Source: Eledone cirrhosa
Lineage: Eukaryota
Length of the DNA stretch: 64,000 nt
Direction: 5' to 3'
NCBI GenBank assembly: GCA_964016885.1
Contig: OZ024744.1
Coordinates: 30,442,001-30,506,000, forward strand
The position numbers were made by a program, and so were the translations under genes. Every line of letters begins with the position of its first letter. Positions within the stretch are counted from its first letter, which is position 1. Shown one piece after another: positions 40,201 to 54,171 of this stretch. The notes below the pieces were generated by a model. That model ran no database searches. It was given only the letters and a program-made list of their open reading frames with translations, and was not told where the DNA came from.

Positions 40201-43200
40201 TGATAGACTGTGGCCTTCTGATAGAATGTAGCCTTCTGATAGCCTGTGGCCTTCTAAATTGACTGTGGCCTTCAGATAGACTGTGGCCTTCTTATAGACT
40301 GTGGCCTTCATATAGACCGTGGCCATCTGATTGACTGTGGCCCTCAGATAGACTCTGGCCTTTTGATAGACTGTGGACCTCTGATAGACTGTGACCTTCT
40401 CATAGTCTAACTGTGAACTTCTGATAGACTGTCCTTCTAGCAGACTAACTCTGGCCTTCAGATAGACTGTGGCCTCCTGATAGTTTAACTGTGAACTTCT
40501 AATAGAATGTGGCCATCTGATTGACTGTGAACTTCAGATAGACTGTGGCCTTCTGGTAGACTGTGACTTCTGATAGATTGATGCCTTCAGATAGACTGTG
40601 GCCTTCTGGTAGACTGTGACTTCTGATAGACTGTGGCCTTCTGGTAGACTGTGACTTCTGATAGACTGTGGCCTTCTGATAGACTGTGGTCTTCTGATAG
40701 ACTGTGATCTTCTGATAGACTGGGACCTTCTGATAGACTGGGACTTCTGATAGATTGATGCCTTCAGATAGACTGGGGCCTTCTGATAGACTGTGGTCTT
40801 CTGATAGAATGTGGCCTTCAGATAGACTGTGGCCTTCTGATTGTCTGTGGCCTTCTGATAGATTAACTGTGGCCTTCTGATACCCTGTGGCCTGCTTATA
40901 GTCTGTGGCCTTCTGATAGACTGTGGCCTTCTGATAGACTGTGCCCTTTGGGTAGACTGTGGCCTTCTGATAGCCTGTGGAACTCTGATAGACTGTGGCC
41001 TTCTTATAGACTGTGGCCTTTTGATAGACTGTGGCCTTCTTATAGACTGTGGCCTTTTGATAGACTGTGGCCTTCTGATATACTGGGGCCTTCTGATAGA
41101 CTGTGGCCTTCTGATAGACTGTGGCCTTCTGATAGTCTGTGGCCTTCTGATAGACTGTGGCCTTCAGATAGACTGTGGAACTCTGATAGACTGGGGAACT
41201 CTGATAGACTGTGGCCTTCTTATAGTCTGTGGTCTTTTGATAGACTGTGGCCTTCTGATAGACTGGGGCCTTCTGATAGCCTGTGTCCTTCTGATAGACT
41301 GTGGCCTTCTGATAGACTGTGTCCTTCTGATAGACTGTGGCCTTCTGATCGACTGTGGCCTTCTGATAGAATGTGGCCTTCTGATAGCCTGTGGCCTTCT
41401 AAATTGACTGTGGCCTTCAGATAGACTGTGGCCTTCTTATAGACTGTGGCCTTCTGATAGACTGTGTCCTTCTGATAGACTGTGGCCTTCTGATAGACTG
41501 TGGCCTTCTGATAGACTGTGGCCTTCTGATAGAATGTGGCCTTCTGATAGCCTGTGGCCTTCTAAATTGACTGTGGCCTTCAGATAGACTGTGGCCTTCT
41601 GATAGACTGTGTCCTTCTGATAGATTGATGCCTTCAGATAGACTGTGGCCTTCTGATAGACTGTGGTCTTCTGATAGACTGTGGTCTTCTGATAGACTGG
41701 GACCTTCTGATAGACTGGGACTTCTGATAGATTGATGCCTTCAGATAGACTGGGGCCTTCTGATAGACTGTGGCCTTCTGGTAGACTGTGACTTCTGATA
41801 GATTGATGCCTTCAGATAGACTGTGGCCTTCTGTTTGACTGTGGACTTCTGATAGACTGTGGTCTTCTGATAGACTGGGGCCTTCTGATAGACTGTGGCC
41901 TTTTGATAGACTGTGGCCTTCTGATAGATTGATGCCTTCAGATAGACTGTGGCCTTCTGTTTGACTGTGGACTTCTGATAGACTGTGGTCTTCTGATAGA
42001 CTGTGGTCTTCTGATAGACTGTGGCCTTTTGATAGACTGTGGCCTTCTGATAGTTTGATGCCTTCAGATAGACTGGGGCCTTCTGATAGACTGTGGCCTT
42101 CTGATAGACTGTGGCCTTCTGTTTGACTGTGGACTTCTGATAGAATGTGGACTTCTGATAGACTGTGGTCTTCTGATAGATTGGGACATTCTGATAGACT
42201 GTGGCCTTCTGATAGACTGTGGCCTTCTGATAGCCTGTGGCCGTCTAATAGACTGTGGCCTTCTGATAGCCTGTGGCCGTCTAATAGACTGTGGCCTTCT
42301 GATAGCCTGTAGCCTTCTGATAGACTGTGGCCGTCTAATAGACTGTGTCCTTCTGATAGCCTGTAGCCTTCTGATAGACTGTGGCCTTCTGATAGAATGT
42401 GGCCTTCTGATAGCCTGTGGCCTTCTAAATTGACTGTGGCCTTCAGATAGACTGTGGCCTTCTGATAGACTGTGGCCTTCATATAGACCGTGGCCATCTG
42501 ATTGACTGTGGCCTTCAGATAGACTCTGGCCTTTTGATAGACTGTGGACCTCTGATAGACTGTGACCTTCTCATAGTCTAACTGTGAACTTCTGATAGAC
42601 TGTGTCCTTCTAGCAGACTAACTCTGGCCTTCAGATAGACTGTGGCCTTCTGATAGTTTAACTGTGAACTTCTAATAGAATGTGGCCATCTGATAGACTG
42701 TGAACTTCAGATAGACTGTGGCCTTCTGGTAGACTGTGACTTCTGATAGATTGATGCCTTCAGATAGTCTGTGGCCTTCTGATAGACTGTGGTCTTCTGA
42801 TAGACTGTGGTCTTCTGATAGACTGGGATCTTCTGATAGACTGGGACTTCTGATAGATTGATGCCTTCAGATAGACTGGGGCCTTCTGATAGACTGTGGC
42901 ATTCTGATAGACTGTGGCTTTCTGTTTGACTGTGGACTTCTGATAGAATGTGGACTTCTGATAGACTGGGGCCTTCTGATAGACTGTGGCCTTCTGATTG
43001 TCTGTGGCCTTCTGATAGATTAACTGTGGCCTTCTGATACCCTGTGGCCTGCTGATAGACTGTGGCCTTCTGATAGACTGTGCCCTTTGGGTAGACTGTG
43101 GCCTTCTGATAGCCTGTGGAACTCTGATAGACTGTGGCCTTCTTATAGACTGTGGCCTTTTGATAGACTGTGGCCTTCTGATAGACTGGGGCCTTCTGAT

Positions 43201-46200
43201 AGACTGTGGCCTTTTGATAGACTGTGGCCGTCTAATAGACTGTGGCCTTCTGATAGACTGTGGCCTTCTGATAGTCTGTGGCCTTCTGATAGACTGTGTC
43301 CTTCTGATAGCCTGTAGCCTTCTGATAGACTGTGGCCTTCTGATAGAATGTAGCCTTCTGATAGCCTGTGGCCTTCTAAATTGACTGTGGCCTTCAGATA
43401 GACTGTGGCCTTCTTATAGACTGTGGCCTTCATATAGACCGTGGCCATCTGATTGACTGTGGCCCTCAGATAGACTCTGGCCTTTTGATAGACTGTGGAC
43501 CTCTGATAGACTGTGACCTTCTCATAGTCTAACTGTGAACTTCTGATAGACTGTCCTTCTAGCAGACTAACTCTGGCCTTCAGATAGACTGTGGCCTCCT
43601 GATAGTTTAACTGTGAACTTCTAATAGAATGTGGCCATCTGATTGACTGTGAACTTCAGATAGACTGTGGCCTTCTGGTAGACTGTGACTTCTGATAGAT
43701 TGATGCCTTCAGATAGACTGTGGCCTTCTGGTAGACTGTGACTTCTGATAGACTGTGGCCTTCTGGTAGACTGTGACTTCTGATAGACTGTGGCCTTCTG
43801 ATAGACTGTGGTCTTCTGATAGACTGTGATCTTCTGATAGACTGGGACCTTCTGATAGACTGGGACTTCTGATAGATTGATGCCTTCAGATAGACTGGGG
43901 CCTTCTGATAGACTGTGGCCTTCTGATAGACTGTGGCCTTCTGATAGACTGTGGTCTTCTGATAGAATGTGGCCTACAGATAGACTGTGGCCTTCTGATT
44001 GTCTGTGGCCTTCTGATAGATTAACTGTGGCCTTCTGATACCCTGAGGCCTGCTTATAGTCTGTGGCCTTCTGATAGACTGTGGCCTTCTGATAGACTGT
44101 GCCCTTTGGGTAGACTGTGGCCTTCTGATAGCCTGTGGAACTCTGATAGACTGTGGCCTTCTTATAGACTGTGGCCTTTTGATAGACTGTGGCCTTCTTA
44201 TAGACTGTGGCCTTTTGATAGACTGTGGCCTTCTGATATACTGGGGCCTTCTGATAGACTGTGGCCTTCTGATAGACTGTGGCCTTCTGATAGTCTGTGG
44301 CCTTCTGATAGACTGTGGCCTTCAGATAGACTGTGGAACTCTGATAGACTGGGGAACTCTGATAGACTGTGGCCTTCTTATAGTCTGTGGTCTTTTGATA
44401 GACTGTGGCCTTCTGATAGACTGGGGCCTTCTGATAGCCTGTGTCCTTCTGATAGACTGTGGCCTTCTGATAGACTGTGTCCTTCTGATAGACTGTGGCC
44501 TTCTGATAGACTGTGGCCTTCTGATAGAATGTGGCCTTCTGATAGCCTGTGGCCTTCTAAATTGACTGTGGCCTTCAGATAGACTGTGGCCTTCTTATAG
44601 ACTGTGGCCTTCTGATAGACTGTGTCCTTCTGATAGACTGTGGCCTTCTGATAGACTGTGGCCTTCTGATAGACTGTGGCCTTCTGATAGAATGTGGCCT
44701 TCTGATAGCCTGTGGCCTTCTAAATTGACTGTGGCCTTCAGATAGACTGTGGCCTTCTGATAGACTGTGGCCTTCTGATAGACTGTGTCCTTCTGATAGA
44801 CTGTGGCCTTCTGATAGACTGTGGCCTTCAGATAGTCTGTGGCCTTCTGATAGACTGTGGCCTTCATATAGACCGTGGCCATCTGATTGACTGTGGCCTT
44901 CAGATAGACTCTGGCCTTTTGATAGACTGTGACCTTCTCATAGTCTAACTGTGAACTTCTGATAGACTGTGTCCTTCTAGCAGACTAACTCTGGCCTTCA
45001 GATAGACTGTGGCCTTCTGATAGTTTAACTGTGAACTTCTAATAGAATGTGGCCATCTGATTGACTGTGAACTTCAGATAGACTGTGGCCTTCTGGGAGA
45101 CTGTGACTTCTGATAGATTGATGCCTTCAGATAGACTGTGGCCTTCTGATAGACTGTGGTCTTCTGATAGACTGTGGTCTTCTGATAGACTGGGACCTTC
45201 TGATAGACTGGGGCTTCTGATAGATTGATGCCTTCAGATAGACTGGGGCCTTCTGATAGACTGTGGCCTTCTGGTAGACTGTGACTTCTGATAGATTGAT
45301 GCCTTCAGATAGACTGTGGCCTTCTGTTTGACTGTGGACTTCTGATAGACTGTGGTCTTCTGATAGACTGGGGCCTTCTGATAGACTGTGGCCTTTTGAT
45401 AGACTGTGGCCTTCTGATAGATTGATGCCTTCAGATAGACTGTGGCCTTCTGTTTGACTGTGGACTTCTGATAGACTGTGGTCTTCTGATAGACTGTGGT
45501 CTTCTGATAGACTGTGGCCTTTTGATAGACTGTGGCCTTCTGATAGTTTGATGCCTTCAGATAGACTGGGGCCTTCTGATAGACTGTGGCCTTCTGATAG
45601 ACTGTGGCCTTCTGTTTGACTGTGGACTTCTGATAGAATGTGGACTTCTGATAGACTGTGGTCTTCTGATAGATTGGGACATTCTGATAGACTGTGGCCT
45701 TCTGATAGACTGTGGCCTTCTGATAGCCTGTGGCCGTCTAATAGACTGTGGCCTTCTGATAGCCTGTGGCCGTCTAATAGACTGTGGCCTTCTGATAGCC
45801 TGTAGCCTTCTGATAGACTGTGGCCGTCTAATAGACTGTGTCCTTCTGATAGCCTGTAGCCTTCTGATAGACTGTGGCCTTCTGATAGAATGTAGCCTTC
45901 TGATAGCCTGTGGCCTTCTAAATTGACTGTGGCCTTCAGATAGACTGTGGCCTTCTTATAGACTGTGGCCTTCATATAGACCGTGGCCATCTGATTGACT
46001 GTGGCCCTCAGATAGACTCTGGCCTTTTGATAGACTGTGGACCTCTGATAGACTGTGACCTTCTCATAGTCTAACTGTGAACTTCTGATAGACTGTGTCC
46101 TTCTAGCAGACTAACTCTGGCCTTCAGATAGACTGTGGCCTTCTGATAGTTTAACTGTGAACTTCTAATAGAATGTGGCCATCTGATAGACTGTGAACTT

Positions 46201-49200
46201 CAGATAGACTGTGGCCTTCTGATAGACTGTGGCCTTCTGGTAGACTGTGGCCTTCTGATAGACTGTGGCCTTCTGATAGATGTGGCCTTCTGATAGATTG
46301 TGGCCTTCTGATAGACTGTGGCCTTCTGATAGACTGTGGCCTTCTGATAGACTGTGGCCTTCTGATAGACTGTGGCCTTATGATAGAATGTGGCCTTCTG
46401 ATAGACTGTGGCCTTCTGATAGACTGTGGCCTTCTGATAGACTGTGGCCTTATGATAGAATGTGGCCTTCTGATAGACTGTGGCCTTCTGATAGACTGTG
46501 GCCTTCTGATAGACTGTGGCCTTCTGATAGACTGTGGCCTTATGATAGAATGTGGCCTTCTGATAGACTGTGGCCTTCTGATAGACTGTGGCCTTCTGAT
46601 AGACTGTGGCCTTATGATAGAATGTGGCCTTCTGATAGACTGTGGCCTTCTGATAGACTGTGGCCTTCTGATAGACTGTGGCCTTATGATAGAATGTGGC
46701 CTTCTGATAGACTGTGGCCTTCTGATAGACTGTGGCCTTCTGATAGACTGTGGCCTTCTGATAGACTGTGGCCTTCTGATAGACTGTGGCCTTCTGATAG
46801 CCTGTGGCCGTCTAATAGACTGTGTCCTTCTGATAGCCTGTAGCCTTCTGATAGACTGTGGCCTTCTGATAGACTGTGGCCTTATGATAGAATGTGGCCT
46901 TCTGATAGACTGTGGCCTTCTGATAGCCTGTGGCCGTCTAATAGACTGTGTCCTTCTGATAGTCTGTAGCCTTCTGATAGACTGTGGCCTTCTGATAGAC
47001 TGTGGCCTTCTGATAGACTGTGGCCTTCTGATAGACTGTGGCCTTCTGATAGACTGTGGCCTTCTTATAGACTCTGGCCTTCTGATAGACTGGGGCCTTC
47101 TGATAGACTGTGTCCTTCTGATAGCCTGTAGCCTTCTGATAGACTGTGTCCTTCTGATAGACTGTGGCCTTCTGATAGACTGTGGCCTTCTGATAGACTG
47201 TGTCCTTCTGATAGACTGTGGCCTTCTGATAGACTGTAGCCTTCTGATAGACTGTGGCCTTCTGATAGAATGTGGCCTTCTGATAGACTGTGGCCTTCTG
47301 ATAGCCTGTAGCCTTCTGATAGACTGTGGCCTTCTGATAGACTGTAGCCTTCTGATAGACTGTGGCCTTCTGATAGAATGTGGCCTTCTGATAGACTGTG
47401 GCCTTCTGATAGACTGTGGCCTTCTGATAGACTGTGGCCTTCTGATAGACTGTGGCCTTCTGATAGACTGTGGCCTTCTGATAGAATGTGTCCTTCTGAT
47501 AGCCTGTAGCCTTCTGATAGACTGTGTCCTTCTGATAGCCTGTAGCCTTCTGATAGACTGTGTCCTTCTGATAGCCTGTAGCCTTCTGATAGACTGTGGC
47601 CTTCTGATAGACTGTGGCCTTCTGATAGACTGTGGCCTTCTGATAGACTGTGGCCTTCTGATAGCCTGTGGCCGTCTAATAGACTGTGTCCTTCTGATAG
47701 CCTGTAGCCTTCTGATAGACTGTGGCCTTCTGATAGACTGTGGAACTCTGATAGACTGTGGCCTTCTGATAGACTGGGGCCTTCTGATAGACTGTGGCCT
47801 TCTGATAGACTGTGGCCTTCTGATAGCCTGTGGCCGTCTAATAGACTGTGGCCTTCTGATAGCCTGTCGCCGTCTAATAGACTGTGTCCTTCTGATAGCC
47901 TGTAGCCTTCTGATAGACTGTGGCCTTCTGATAGAATGTGGCCTTCTGATAGCCTGTGGCCTTCTAAATTGACTGTGGCCTTCAGATAGACTGTGGCCTT
48001 CTGATAGACTGTGGCCTTCATATAGACCGTGGCCATCTGATTGACTGTGGCCTTCAGATAGACTCTGGCCTTTTGATAGACTGTGGACCTCTGATAGACT
48101 GTGACCTTCTCATAGTCTAACTGTGAACTTCTGATAGACTGTGTCCTTCTAGCAGACTAACTCTGGCCTTCAGATAGACTGTGGCCTTCTGATAGTTTAA
48201 CTGTGAACTTCTAATAGAATGTGGCCATCTGATTGACTGTGAACTTCAGATAGACTGTGGCCTTCTGGGAGACTGTGACTTCTGATAGATTTATGCCTTC
48301 AGATAGACTGTGGCCTTCTGATAGTTTAACTGTGAACTTCTAATAGAATGTGGCCATCTGATAGACTGTGAACTTCAGATAGACTGTGGCCTTCTGGTAG
48401 ACTGTGACTTCTAATAGATTGATGCCTTCAGATAGACTGTGGCCTTCTGATAGACTGTGGCCTTCTGGTAGACTGTGACTTCTGATAGATTGATGCCTTC
48501 AGATAGACTGTGGCCTTCTGGTAGACTGTGACTTCTGATAGATTGATGCCTTCAGATAGACTGTGGCCTTCTGGTAGACTGTGACTTCTAATAGATTGAT
48601 GCCTTCAGATAGTCTGTGGCCTTCTGATAGACGTTGGTCTTCTGATAGACTGTGGTCTTCTGATAGACTGGGACCTTCTGATAGACTGGGACTTCTGATA
48701 GATTGATGCCTTCAGATAGACTGGGGCCTTCTGATAGACTGTGGCCTTCTGGTAGACTGTGACTTCTGATAGATTGATGCCTTCAGATAGACTGTGGCCT
48801 TCTGTTTGTCTGTGGACTTCTGATAGACTGTGGTCTTCTGATAGACTGTGGTCTTCTGATAGACTGGGACCTTCTGATAGACTGGGACTTCTGATAGATT
48901 GATGCCTTCAGATAGACTGGGGCCTTCTGATAGACTGTGGCCTTCTGATAGACTGTGGCCTTCTGTTTGACTGTGGACTTCTGATAGAATGTGGACTTCT
49001 GATAGACTGTGGTCTTCTGATAGATTGGGACATTCTGATAGACTGGGACTTCTGATAGATTGATGCCTTCAGATAGACTGGGGCCTTCTGATAGACTGTG
49101 GCCTTCTGATAGACTGTGGCCTTCTGTTTGACTGTGGACTTCTGATAGAATGTGGACTTCTGATAGACTGGGGCCTTCTGATAGACTGTGGCCTTCTGAT

Positions 49201-52200
49201 AGACTTTGGCCTTCAGATAGACTGTGGCCTTCTGATTGTCTGTGGCCTTCTGATAGATTAACTGTGGCCTTCTGATACCCTGTGGCCTGCTGATAGAATG
49301 TGGCCTTCTGATAGACTGTGGCCTTCAGATCGTCTGTGGCCTTCTGATAGTCTGTGGACTTATGATAGACTGAGGCCTTCTGACAGACTGTGGCCTTTTG
49401 ATAGACTGTGGCCTTCCGATAGACTGTGGCCTTCTGATAGACTGTGCCCTTTGGATAGACTGTGGCCTTCTGATAGCCTGTGGAACTCTGATAGACTGTG
49501 GCCTTCTTATAGACTGTGGCCTTTTGATAGACCGTTGCCTTCTGATAGACTGGGGCCTTCTGATAGACTGTGGCCTTCTGATAGACTGTGGCCTTCTGAT
49601 AGTCTGTGGCCTTCTGATAGACTGTGGCCTTCAGATAGACTGTGGAACTCTGATAGACTGGGGAACTCTTATAGACTGTGGCCTTCTTATTGTCTGTGGT
49701 CTTTTGATAGACTGTGGCCTTTTGATAGACTGGGGCATTCTGATAGCCTGTGTCCTTCTGATAGACTGTGGCCTTCTGATAGACTGTGTCCTTCTGATAG
49801 ACTGTAGCCTTCTGATAGACTGTGGCCTTCTGATAGTCTGTGGCTTTCTGATAGACTGTGGCCTTCTGATAGACTGTGGCCCTCTGATAGACTGTGGCCT
49901 TCTGATAGACTGTGGCCCTCTGATAGACTGTGGCCTTCTGTTAGACTGTGGCCTTCTTATAGACTGTGGCCTTCTGATAGACTGTGGCCGTCTAATAGAC
50001 TGTGGAACTCTGATAGACTGTGGCATTCTGATAGACTGTGGCCTTCTGATAGACTGTGGAACTCTGATAGACTGGGGCCTTCTGATAGACTGTGGACTTC
50101 TGATAGACTGGGGCCTTCTGATAGACTGTGGCCTTCTGATAGACTTTGGCCTTCAGATAGACTGTGGCCTTCTGATAGACTGTGGCCTTCTGATAGACTG
50201 TGGCCGTCTAATAGACTGTGGAACTCTGATAGACTGTGGCATTCTGATAGACTGTGGTCTTCTGATAGACTGTGGAACTCTGATAGACTGGGGCCTTCTG
50301 TTAGACTGTGGCCTTTTGATAGACTGTGGCCTTCTGATAGACTGTGGCCTTCTGATAGACTGTGGCCTTCTGATAGACTGTGGCCTTCTGATAGACTGTG
50401 GCCTTCTGATAGACTGTGGCCTTCTGATAGATTGTGGCCTTCTGATAGACTGTGGCCTTCTTATAGATTGTGGCCTTCTGATAGACTGTGGCCTTCTGAT
50501 AGACTGTGGCCTTCTGATAGACTGTGGCCTTCTGATAGACTGTGGCATTCTGATAGACTGTGGCCTTCTGATAGACTGTGGCCTTCTGATAGACTGTGGC
50601 CTTCTGATAGACTGTGGCCTTCTGATAGACTGTGGCCTTCTGATAGATTGTGGCCTTCTGATAGACTGTGGCCTTCTGATAGACTGTGGCCTTCTGATAG
50701 ACTGTGGCCTTCTGATAGACTGTGGCCTTCTGATAGACTGTGGCCTTCTGATACCCTTTAGCCTTCTGATAGACTGTGGCCTTCTGATAGACTGGGGAAC
50801 TCTGATAGACTGTGGCCTTCTGATAGACTGTGGCCTTCTGATAGATTGTGGCCTTCTGATAGACTGTGGCCTTCTGATAGACTGTGGCCTTCTGATAGAC
50901 TGTGGCCTTCTGATAGACTGTGGCCTTCTGATAGACTGGGGAACTCTGATAGACTGTGGCCTTCTGATAGACTGTGGCCTTCTGATAGATTGTGGCCTTC
51001 TGATAGCCTGTGGCCGTCTAATAGACTGTGTCCTTCTGATAGCCTGTAGCCTTCTGATAGACTGTGGCCTTCTGATAGACTGTGGCCTTCTGATAGATTG
51101 TGGCCTTCTGATAGACTGTGGCCTTCTGATAGACTGTGGCCTTCTGATAGACTGTGTCCTTCTGATAGCCTGTAGCCTTCTGATAGACTGTGTGGCCTTC
51201 TGATAGACTGTGTCCTTCTGATAGCCTGTGGCCTTCTAAATTGACTGTGGCCTTCAGATAGACTGTGGCCTTCTGATAGACTGTGGCCTTCTAAATTGAC
51301 TGTGGCCTTCATATAGACCGTGGCCTTCTGATAGACTGTGGCCCTCTGATAGACTGTGGCCTTCTGTTAGACTGTGGCCTTCTGATAGATTGTGGCCTTC
51401 TGATAGCCTGTGGCCGTCTAATAGACTGTGGAACTCTGATAGACTGTGGCCTTCTGATAGACTGTGGAACTCTGATAGACTGGGGCCTTCTGTTAGACTG
51501 TGGCCTTTTGATAGACTGTGGCCTTCTGATAGACTGTGGCCTTCTGATAGACTGTGGCCGTCTAATAGACTATGTCCTTCTGATAGCCTGTAGCCTTCTG
51601 ATAGACTGTGTCCTTCTGATAGATTGTGGCCTTCTGATAGACTGTGGCCTTCTGATAGACTGTGGAACTCTGATAGACTGGGGCCTTCTGTTAGACTGTG
51701 GCCTTTTGATAGACTGTAGCCTTCTGATAGACTGTGGCCTTCTGATAGACTGTGGCCTTCTGATAGACTGTGGCCTTCTGATAGACTGTGGTCTTCTGAT
51801 AGACTGGGACCTTCTGATAGACTGTGGCCTTCTGACAGACTGTGGTCTTCTGATAGACTGGGACCTTCTGATAGACTGTGGCCTTCTGATAGCATGTAGC
51901 CTTCTGATAGACTGTGTCCTTCTGATAGACTGTGGCCTTCTGATAGACTGTGGCCTTCTGATAGCCTGTGGCCCTCTGATAGACTGTGGCCTTCTGATAG
52001 ACTGTGGCCTTCTGATAGACTGTGGCCTTCTGATAGACTGTGGCCTTCTGATAGACTATGTCCTTCTGATAGCATGTAGCCTTCTGATAGACTGTGTCCT
52101 TCTGATAGACTGTGGCCTTCTGATAGACTGTGGCCTTCTGATAGCCTGTGGCCCTCTGATAGACTGTGGCCTTCTGATAGACTGTGTCCTTCTGATAGCC

Positions 52201-53389
52201 TGTAGCCTTCTGATAGACTGTGGCCTTCTGATAGACTGTGTCCTTCTGATAGACTGTGGCCTTCTGATAGACTGTGGCCTTCTGATAGACTGTGGCCTTC
52301 TGATAGACTGTGGCCTTCTGATAGACTGTGGCCTTCTGATAGACTGTGGCCTTATGATAGAATGTGGCCTTCTGATAGACTGTGGCCTTCTGATAGCCTG
52401 TGGCCGTCTAATAGACTGTGTCCTTCTGATAGCCTGTAGCCTTCTGATAGAATGTGGCCTTCTGATAGCCTGTGGCCTTCTAAATTGACTGTGGCCTTCA
52501 GATAGACTGTGGCCTTCTGATAGACTGTGGCCTTCATATAGACCGTGGCCATCTGATTGACTGTGGCCTTCAGATAGACTCTGGCCTTTTGATAGACTGT
52601 GGACCTCTGATAGACTGTGACCTTCTCATAGTCTAACTGTGAACTTCTAATAGAATGTGGCCATCTGATTGACTGTGAACTTCAGATAGACTGTGGCCTT
52701 CTGGTAGACTGTGACTTCTAATAGATTGATGCCTTCAGATAGACTGTGGCCTTCTGATAGACTGTGGTCTTCTGATAGACTGTGGTCTTCTGATAGACTG
52801 GGACCTTCTGATAGACTGGGACTTCTGATAGATTGATGCCTTTAGATAGACTGGGGCCTTCTGATAGACTGTGGCCTTCTGATAGACTGTGGCCTTCTGT
52901 TTGACTGTGGACTTCTGATAGAATGTGGACTTCTGATAGACTGTGGTCTTCTGATAGACTGTGGCCTTCTGACATTTTGTGGCCTTCAGATAGACTGTGG
53001 CCTTCAGATACACTGTGGCCTTCAGATACACTGTGGCCTTCAGATACACTGTGGCCTTCAGATACACTGTGGCCTTCAGATACACGGTGGCCTTCTGATA
53101 GACTGTGGACCTCTGATAGACTAACTTTCGACCGCTGATAGAATGTGGCCTTCAGATAGTCTGTGGCCTTCTGCTAGACTGTGGCCTTCTGATAACTGTG
53201 GCCTCTTGGTATACTGTGGCCTACTGATTGACTGTGGCCTACTGATAGACTGTGGCCTTCTGATAGACTGTGGCCTTCTTATAGACTGTGGCTTTCAGAT
53301 AGACTGTGGCCTTTTGATAGACTGTGGCCTTCTGATAGACTTAATCTGGCCTTCAGTGGCCTTCTGATAGACGGAATGTGGCCTTTTGA
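34241..53389. repeat. 18-bp tandem minisatellite array (TGATAGACTGTGGCCTTC), ~1,060 units
   Basis: Direct reading. The 6-aa periodic translations (LIDCGL / WPSDRL / SEGHSL) confirm the 18-nt period. Minor 17-, 19-, 20- and 22-nt variants occur. Confidence 0.98.
36650..46200. repeat. Higher-order structure in the 18-bp array (3.1-3.5 kb subunits, ~6.6 kb period)
   Basis: Matching ORF-track entries at 37491/40948/44106, 38494/41634/45127, 39965/43087 and 37962/44595 (offsets 3,122-3,493 and 6,615-6,633). Boundaries approximate. Confidence 0.85.
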
Positions 53390-53895
53390 AAGAAGCCCAA
53401 CCGTCAGACACAACATTGAAAAGATTTCCCTCTTGACGCAATTAGAAAAGCGCCATTAAAATATTAGTTAACTATCTTAATATTTTAAAACAGATTTTCT
53501 TATAGTTTTTACAAATATTTCTCAGCTAGTTTCAATGCAGCGTAATAATAGGTTCCCCGCTTTTTTGTGAGAGTATAATTTATAGTATATTTAGCTGCTA
53601 TTTCTAGCAAGGGAAGTGATTAGACAGTGGTTTCAGTGTCACTGGCTCAACAACGTCTTAGATCGGTCGGTGTTGGTGTCAAGATCTCAGCTTGGTTTTA
53701 CGACTCATTACACTTTGGTTAGCCTCTCAATTCCATTGGGATTAATGGTACTACTCCGCCATCTGTTGATGGCCAGCTGTACTGTACTCCTTAAACCTTC
53801 AATTTTAATATACAAATAAGTAAATAAAAAATTCGCAGGGGATGAGTGGGGTACACACGCGAAAATATATACATGTAAACACACTGATCTCCACC

Positions 53896-53962
53896 ATATA
53901 TATATATATATTCATATACTTTTATATATATATATAGATATAGTTTTATATATATATATTTA

Positions 53963-54026
<64 letters not shown>

Positions 54027-54029
54027 TTA

Positions 54030-54084
<55 letters not shown>

Positions 54085-54138
54085 TTTTATATATATATAG
54101 TTTTATATATATATATATATATATATATAAATATATAT
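53896..54138. repeat. Interrupted (TA)n microsatellite
   Basis: Long TA runs interrupted by recurring 'agtttt(tt)' and 'ttt' motifs. Confidence 0.97.
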
Positions 54139-54171
54139 TTAAAAAAATAGAGGTGTAACACACGAGTTGTG

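Noticed and set aside
34231-53367. Hexapeptide-repeat ORFs ([24 protein letters not shown]), up to 601 aa
   Set aside because: Several frames on both strands stay open because the unit is 18 bp. Frequent 17/19/20/22-nt units break frame, and there is no unique N- or C-terminal domain.
34241-53389. CTGATAGA in the 18-mer resembling the hammerhead CUGANGA box
   Set aside because: The spacing is wrong, there is no GAAA box, and no stems I-III can be formed.
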